Positions 53,051 to 62,058 of a DNA stretch of 64,000 nt are shown here, one piece after another (position 1 is the first letter of the stretch; each line of letters opens with the position of its first letter). Both the position numbers and the translations under genes were made by a program. The stretch is from Octopus sinensis. Its lineage: Eukaryota. Below the pieces are notes generated by a model, which saw only the letters and a program-made list of their open reading frames with translations, was not told the origin of the DNA and made no database searches. The stretch covers positions 17,732,001-17,796,000 of the forward strand of contig NC_043007.1 of NCBI RefSeq assembly GCF_006345805.1, given 5' to 3'.

Positions 53051-56000
53051 ATATTATATATATATAAAGTTATAAATTTTCTTTGGTACTTATAAATGTA
53101 GATGCATTAAGCTATAAACTATGGATTTGCACAAAAACTCAAAATGCTAGGATTTTCTAAGAGCAAAAGAAACCGATATGCACCCCTAAATTTATTTTAT
53201 CAGCATCGCAGTGAAAATTTGTACAACATTCCAAAAATTCTCCATTTCAAATTCTTTAAATGAATACAGGCACACATTTGGTTGTGTGCATCTACAAAAA
53301 AAAATATGTCAAAAGTAATGATGCACACACACACACACATGGGTACAAACACTGAAGTACTAAAGAGATATTATTCACACACAATGTAAGTGCAGGTGTA
53401 TACATCTACATATATACACACACACTAACTCAACCACACACTTACAAGCTGAGGGAAGTGTCTCAACTCAAAAGTCTTGTTGCTTTGTTAGCGACTTGCT
53501 TGAACTCCATGAAGAACTTAAATAAATCTTCACACACACACACACACACACACCATCATGTTCAAGTTAAACCCTGCACATTTTTTCTCCCTCTCCATTT
53601 TCTTCCACTCATCCCTTTCTGTTGAAAAATCTAGGGGCCTGGAATGTCAAAGACTTTTCCATTCTTCCCAAGCATTAAACTAATACACCTGCTTGTTGTT
53701 CTTTCACTTGTCTTCGTCTTTTGTTTTCTGTAAATTTGAAATCCCTCCCCCCACAAGATCTTAGACTGATAGGTTTTCATGTAACTCATAAATGGATATG
53801 TCTTGGAGGATATTACATTGATACAGAGTTTGCACGTGTGTTTCTGAGGCTGTATGTGGTATCCCAAGTGTATTTATTAGATCATGTTAAAAATATCCAA
53901 TTAATTTAGTTAATAATGATTAATCAATTAATGATATATACATGTTAAAATAGTTCAGAATGGTTCTCTAGTACATAATTCTTCGTACTATACATGCACC
54001 TTTGATGAGTTGTAGTAGACCTGAGCACTATATACAATAATTTCATTATTATTATTTTTATAGTAATTCGGGGTTATGTGGGCTAAAATTTTAAATTTTT
54101 TGATGGTTTTCTTTTAGCATTATTATGAGGAGTAAATAAGGTCAGTTTCAGTTCTGAGACAGGGTGGTGCATTGTGTTCTTGAGCAAAACACTTCACCTC
54201 ACATTGCTCTGCAATCAGTTTGGCCTCTGACATGTGGCACACCAAATGCCTGTTCAAGCAATGTCAATTTGATGGAGGGAGTGTGCAAATGTACAGTACA
54301 TGCATTTTATCACTCATCATCATCACCATCGTTTAATATCCGCTTTCAATGCAAGCATGGGTTGGATGATTTGACTGAGGACTGGCGAACCAGATGGCTG
54401 CACCAGGCTCCAATCTGATCTGGCAGAGTTTCTACAGCTGGATACCCTTCCTAATGCCAACCACTCTGAGAGTGTAGTGGGTGCTTTTATGTACCACTGG
54501 CACGAGGGCCAGTCAGATGGTACTGGCAACGGCTATGCTCAAATGGTGTTTTTTACATGCTACCTGCACAGGAGCCAGTCCAGTGGCACTGGCAATGACC
54601 TCACTCGAATATTTTTTCATGTGCCACCGGCACAAGTGCCAGTAAGGTGATGCTGGTAACGATCACACTCAAATGGTGTTTTTTAAGTACCACCGGCACG
54701 GAAGCCAGTTAGCTGCTCTGGCAACGATCATGCTCAGATGGTGCTCTTAGTGCTCCACTAGCACAGATGCCAGTCATCGAATTTGATTTTGATAAACAAA
54801 TTATTTGTGCAGGTTGTTCTGCAAAAAAATTGCAGAACCGTCTTTTTCTGACGCCGACCACCACCATCATCATCATCATTATAAACATACACAGACAAAC
54901 TCACACACATTACATACATACATGCATATTTATATATATAAATACACACATATACGCACACACAAAATTAGCAATTATATGTAGATGAAAACCAAATCTT
55001 GCGTTGTGATTTATTTTTCTTGCTCTCTTGTATTCTTTGGTGCTGGTTGATAAAATAACATTGCTTGTTTTGATTTGTGGAGTGAATGCTTCAACTGACT
55101 CAAATCTTTGTAATAATTGCCTGACTGCTGGATTGACACCAACTGATTTGAGAACCCGGCCACACTTGTCTCCCTTGTTTGTGAGGTGTTTTACCTTTGT
55201 TTTGCACAGTTGCTTGCTCCCCAACCCAAGGCTACATGCTCTGCTTCCTCCTCCTCCTACTATGCTGCTGCCGCTGCCACCACTGCTGCCTTATCAAGTG
55301 TCAGGGTAAGTTCACTGCAGCATCAGATCTTAAAGCAGTGAGTTAAGAGTTATTATTGTATGTTGCATCCGTTTTTCTTTCATGCTATAGACATTATGAT
55401 CTGTTGGCTTTTTCTTGTTTTGTTGGCCGCTTATTAACCATTTTCAGTTGAACCATCAGCATCGGCTTACATGAAATTTTTCCTGTGGTGGCCATGGGTT
55501 GGATTGGTCTTGTCACTCATCATCTAACGCGTGCGCACACACATACATACAAAAATCAGTAGATGTGTTCTACACTGTGGGCTGGGTGCATTTTATCATG
55601 CCACTGTCACCAGGGTGGTTGTGCCATGCAGGAGGGCTAAAGATTTCCCTCTACCCTATATCAGATTTTATTTAGTGTTGCTGACCATCCTGGGTGGGTA
55701 GTCTCCAACGAATCTCGCCAAGTCCACACTTTACTCTTAACTTCTTTGTTTGTTTGTTTTTTTGTTTTTTTTTGCTGAGTTTCTAAGGCAGGGGTACCCG
55801 ACATTTTACCAAATACGTGTTTATTTTATCACCTGCGCCAGAGGTATTGTCTCATGCAGGAGGGTTACAAAGTGTCCTTCTACCCAACTCCCACACCATC
55901 CTCTTTGTATCAACTCTTGTTAGAAGTGTATTGCCTTCCTAGATGAGAAACCTAGAATGTGGGTTGTAGACCCTATGCCTTGTCAGTAGGTTCCATTTTT

Positions 56001-59000
56001 TTTTTTACTGGGTTTTATGGTTCGATACCCTTCCTCTCACCAACCATTTTCTGGAGTATACTGCATGCATTTTATCATGCCATCAATACTGGAGGAACTA
56101 ACCTGTACTATTTTTTTTTTCTCTAACCCTTTATCTCTCTCTCTCTCTCTCTCTCTTTCATTTTTGTGTTTATTAAGTTGTTGCATTAGTCGTTTTGTAG
56201 ATTAGTATTTTTATCAGTGTTTCAGGCTTGTTAAAGGTAACAGTAACTTTGTTTTTTTTTCCAAAATTCTTTTGTAGTTAACTTATTTCACTTTCAATGT
56301 TTGTTGTTTAAAAAGAAAAGTGATGGGGTGCGGATGTTTATTTGATGCAACAATTAACTTAGTAACTTTCCAATGCTGTTATATTGTGGTAAGACAGGAA
56401 TGTAATTAAAATGTTTAGTCCTCTGCAATATTAGTTGATAAGTTGTTCCACTGCAAAATTGGCTGAGGTTGAAGTAGAAAACAGGTGAGTTGAGGAAAAC
56501 TTAGTATTTGTATACTGTTACAAGACTTCAAGCAGTTTTTATGAAAGTCTTATGCCATTTACATTGATCTAAACTTTAGTTCTATTGATAGGATTTTTCA
56601 GATGGATATGTTTGGTCATGAAGTAGATTTTGATTGATAAATTTGGAACATCAGTAAGAGTCAGTACCGTAATTCTACTCTGTCTTATGGCATTGATGTT
56701 ATGACTACCAAAAAGTATGTGTCTTTAACAGTGAGTGGGGTGAACAAAGTAGATATTTTTTAATGTGATATTGAGTTCACATTAAAGGCTTTTGTTTAAG
56801 GCTTTAAACAAAATTTTTAAGGCTTTTGAATTCACCCCACTTATAGTATCAAAACTTGCAGTAGGATACAGATCTTGTCATTTGTACATATGCAAATTGG
56901 GATGTAATTTTAGCCTCGTAAGTTCTGGGATTGGTTGCAGCTTTGTAAGTCAACCTGTTGCAATGAAAAAATATATTTATCATTGAATATAGTTTTTATC
57001 ATTAAACAACCTCAAACTAATTGTGGAAGCAATGGAAGGGGACCAGTTTTCTATTTTGCATTCAGCCTCAGACTGGGAGATGAAAATGGGTCTGAGGGGC
57101 AGACTTGTCGTCGCAGAGAAGATAGTGGCAACATCCATCTGACCAGACATGTTCCTGCTTTCCAGGAATACAAAAGCATTTATCGTGGTTGAACCCACAG
57201 TGCCCTGGGAAGACAGTATTGATATTTCCCACCAGCTAAAGAGATTGAAATATCAGAATGTAGTCAACAAAGCCCCTGTCAAGAGCTGGTAAGCTGCCTC
57301 GTTCACCATTGAAGTTGCCTGTTTTGGCTTTCCAGATAAATCAGTGCACTGTCTCCTGCAGAAAATAGGTCTGGAACCCAGACAACAAAGAAAGCCATCA
57401 AGGAAATAGGCATGGCAGCTGAAACTAGCTCAAGATGGCTATTAAGAGACTGCAAGTGGAACCCTTCCATAGGTGAAAACTAACTCATTCCTTGCAGACC
57501 CACTCAGGTGAAGCATACAGGCTAAGGAGCCAAACACTTCTGACTCTGAGATACCTGCTGATGTTACAAAAGGGTTTACAGCATTGCAAGTTTTTCTCTT
57601 CAAAACCAGTCAAATTTTATGCTGATGGAATATTTAAATTGCCTGATAGATGGGCAAAGATCATTAATAATAAAGGAAATTATTTCATTGAATAAAATTT
57701 ATTGAAAGGTCAGTTATTTATATCCCTTGTCGCATATTAAAAATGCTCAGAACTTTCCGGACAACCTAATCGAAACATCATTGTATCCTGTAGACATAGT
57801 AGATTTAACAGGTTGACATAAAAGACTACTTCCAAATTTCTCTTGGTTTATCAGTGTCTAATGTTGAGTTGTTTGTCATATTCATACCAAACTGACTAAA
57901 TCATCAACTGACCAACCAAAAGTCTGTCGATTAGCAGTAGTCTACTTTATTTTGCTACCTATAGTATTAATATTGTGTCTTTTATCAACTAATATTTAAA
58001 CATAAAGAATAGATTTCCTGTTTAACATTTACTTAAATTAATGAACTTGGCAACTCTGTTTAATCTCTGACTGAACCAATTCTGAAATATTACTAATATA
58101 TATATAGACTATAATATCCTCACCTTACTAACTGCGATTGTTGCATTAAAGGCCATTGTAAGCTGCTTGTTTTATAGAAAGGCTTGCTTTTTTTAAAAGA
58201 TTTTTACTAAAACATTTTTTGCTTTGTGTCATCTGTGCTGCTACTATCATTTTCATAATTTGATGATTTTTTTGCATATATATATACATATATTTACTTT
58301 TCTTGTTACTTAATCACGAGAGCTTGGCAGAAATAGTAGTGTTACTAAAGTCAAAATTATCTATTTATGCATATCAGCCCTACATAAATTGTCTTGCTGT
58401 ATTTCTTGCTAATTTGCATGTCTGATGATTATGCAAATTTTTACTCTCCATTATGCTTTTGTGTGTGAGAGAATGAATGAGAGAGTACCAGAGTGTGTGA
58501 ATGTGTCAATTTAGAATAGTTATCAATAGTTATCAATTATTATCTACTTGAGGTACTGTTAATTTTAAATTCTTCTAACATGATTTTTTTTTTTCTTTAA
58601 ATTTTGTTTCTCTCAGAACAATTCTATCATTAGCATTGATGACCACACAGATTGTGCTGATATTGAAGATGATGATGATGAAGATTTTAAACCCGTGGTA
58701 ACCTTGCTTTAATCATGTCATAAAACCAGTTTATAGTATCACATTCAACTTGAGGTTTTCCATATTTTTTCCCTTGAGTGAATAGATCTGTTATTTCATT
58801 CACATAAATTGTTACAGCAGTTGTTTTTGTAACCAAATGTCTTTAATTACTGTATTTGCCAGTGTGTAAGACACACATTTGCATAAAGCATGTATTTTAT
58901 GAGTATATTTTGTGTGAAAACAAATCTAGCATGTTTCATCATAGACTTATTGACAGATATTTCAAAGTAGTTTTGTAGAGGGAAAAATATATGATTCTGT

Positions 59001-61992
59001 GCCATTCTAAATCTGATATTTTGTCATTGATTGTTAATTCTGATTGCAGAAAACTATTGAATCCAAATCCATGACCTCTGGTGGAACAAACGACTCAAAC
59101 AGCGAGAAAGAGGGCGACAACTTAAGCTTTGATGAAGTAGATGAAATCGATAGTGCCAGTGACAACAGTGATGTGATTTATATGCCGAATCACAGTGACT
59201 TGGAGTCTCCTGAGAACATACCCAGGTGAGAAAATAACTTTTATATTGCTTCCAGGAAAGTTTCAAGAGAATTTTGTGAAATCCATTTGTAATTTTTTTG
59301 AATTATCTCCCCTTTTCTTTTGGGCTTGCAAGATTTTTTGTTTTCTTTCTGACAAAGAGCGAAATTTAAATTAAGATTTTATTAGATATGACATGGTCTG
59401 CATCACCCCTTAAATTCTATGGCTAAATTAATGAATTTAGGTAGATAAGGTATTTCAGTTATTCCCCCCATACTTTATTATTTCTTTTTATATCTTTTTA
59501 CATCATCATCATCATTTAACGTCTGCTTTCCATGCTAGCATGGGTTGAACAAATCACCAGCCCTCAGTCATTCGTCCAACCCACGCTAGCATGGAAAGCG
59601 GATGTTAAATGATGATGATGATGATCTCTGCATCCTTTCCTGTCTGTGACTCTTTTAGTGTTAATGTTTCTGCCATTTTATGTTTCATCCTATGTACTGT
59701 GCATGCACCTTTGGTTATTATAGCTGTCGGTCTGTTTTTGACTTATCGTTGCTTTCCGTCCCCTCTTTCACTCTCTTCTGACAAATTGTATTGTATCTGA
59801 GCACTGAATTTAATAAGATTATTATCAAGAGATCAGTGCGTGATGTCAAAGTGATGCTGGGGTACAAATATGCCAAGCCCAATACAGTAATCCCTCGACT
59901 ATCGTAGGTGTTATGTGCCAAAACCTCCCACACAAATGATTAAAATCTAAAAAGATATAAGTAGTTATCGGCCGCAGAAACCTGTGATATACTGAGGAGT
60001 CCACGATATAAATTTACATTTATTAGCCAGGAAAATCCGCGATGTACTGAGTGCGTGATCAGTCAACTGCGATTACCTATCTGATAAGGGTAAACCAGGC
60101 ACACGCATCACAACCTCCTATTTAGATAAACAATGCATGACCTTGCAGGTGGAGGCCCAGTTAGAATTTTTTTCTGATTGAGTAGACCGCCCTGCTGAAA
60201 AGGTCCCTGATTCACGGTTATTTAAGGAAGATGAACGAAACACCCTTGTTTCCAGAGGTGAATTGTTTAAACTCATAGAATTCCTCTCAACACATAGCTA
60301 TAATACTCCCACACTACTCCTGTTCATGATCAGATCCACATATCGTCAAACATTAAGAGACGTGCTCAACTGGTTAAAGTCAAACAACTGACAAATAAGA
60401 GAAAACATGTACATGTTAACACTGTCAAGACAAATAATGAACATGTTAATACTTCCAATTATTTAAGATCAAAAATCACGGGAGTCACTGCCAGGTACTG
60501 TCTCAGGGTATAGATTATATCATTATTATTATTGGTGATGCATGGCCTAGTGATTAGGGTGCTGCACTCACAATTGAAAGATCATGGTTTCAATTCCTGG
60601 ACTGGGTGGTGCATTGTGTTCTTGAGCAAAAACTTCATCTCACATTGCTCTGCAATCACTTTGACACCTGGTGTGTGTGAGTGAGGGAATGATAATAATG
60701 ATTATTACAAAGTAGCATAGCATTACCTTTAATTCCTATATATATATATATATATATATATTGTCGTTGTTTAACGTCCGCTTTCCATGGTGGCATGGAT
60801 TGGATGGTTTGACTGAGGGCTGGTGAGCCAGAAAGCTGCACCAGGTTCAATCTGATCTGCCAAAGTTTCTACAGCTGGACGCCCTTCCTAACGCCAACAA
60901 TTCTGACAGTGGGTGCTTTTACATGCCGCTGGCACGAGGGCCAGTCAAGCAGTGCTGGCATTGGCCATGCTCAAATGGTGCTTTTTATGCTCCACCTGCA
61001 CAAGAGCCAGTCTGGCAGCATTGGCAATGACCACACTCGAATGGTGTTCTTTACATGCTACCAGCACAGGAGCCAGCCAGGCGACGCTGGCAACGATCAC
61101 ACTTGAATGGTGCTTTTGACATCCCAAAGGCACGGATGCCAATCAGGCAGTACTGTCATCGGCCATATATATATATATGTATATGTGTAGGTCTATTTGA
61201 AGCTATATATATATATATATATATATAGCTTCAAATAGACCTACACATGTTTTACTGCAATGATTAGTAACCGTTACAATTGCAACCCTACTATAATACC
61301 AGTGCAGTTTCTCCAGGGTCTTCACTTTAATATTCTTATATCTGAGCATGATTGTTGCCAGAGTGGCTAACTGGCTTCTGCACTGGTGGCACATGAAAGG
61401 CACCATTTGAGCGTGATCGTAACCAGCGTCACCTTACTGTCACTTGTGCAGGTGGCACGAGAAAAAAACATTCGAATGAGGTCATTGCTAGTACTGCCCG
61501 ACTGGCCCCCGTGCCGGTGGTACATAAAAGCACTCTCGGAGTGGTTGGCGTTAGGAAGGGCATCCAGCTGTAGAAACTATGCCAGATCAAGATTGGAGCC
61601 TGGCACAGCCATCTGGGTCGCCAGTCCTCAGTCAAATCGTCCAACCCATGCTAGCATGGAAAGCGGACGTTAAACGATGATGATGATATTTGTGTGTGTG
61701 TTGTGCTTGTCCCCCCACAACCATTGACAACTGGTGTTGATTTGTCTACGTTTTTGTAACTTAGCAGTTCAGTGAAATAGATCTGATAGAATAAGTACCA
61801 GACTTTAAAAAATAAGTACATCAACTAAAACTCTTTTAGCATGGCCACAGTCCAATGACAAACAAGTATCAGAGAAAAGATTGTCCAAATGTATACTGGA
61901 ACTTTGGAACATTGCGAATTATTTCCCTTTGATAAGCATGCATAAGAAATGTCTGTTTAGCTGATCATCAGTGAGTGGGCGTTGAACTGTAA

Positions 61993-62058
<66 letters not shown>

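Noticed and set aside
55450-55480. Alternative terminal exon after ttttcag (LNHQHRLT*)
   Set aside because: Only an acceptor-like site; no polyadenylation or other support.
56435-56484. 50-nt exon ending ACAG|GTGAGT
   Set aside because: Poor pyrimidine tract; phase 0-2 breaks the frame with the next exon.
57066-57192. Exon or [15 protein letters not shown]..
   Set aside because: It is an alternative frame of the Hero-like relic and ends in a stop with no donor.
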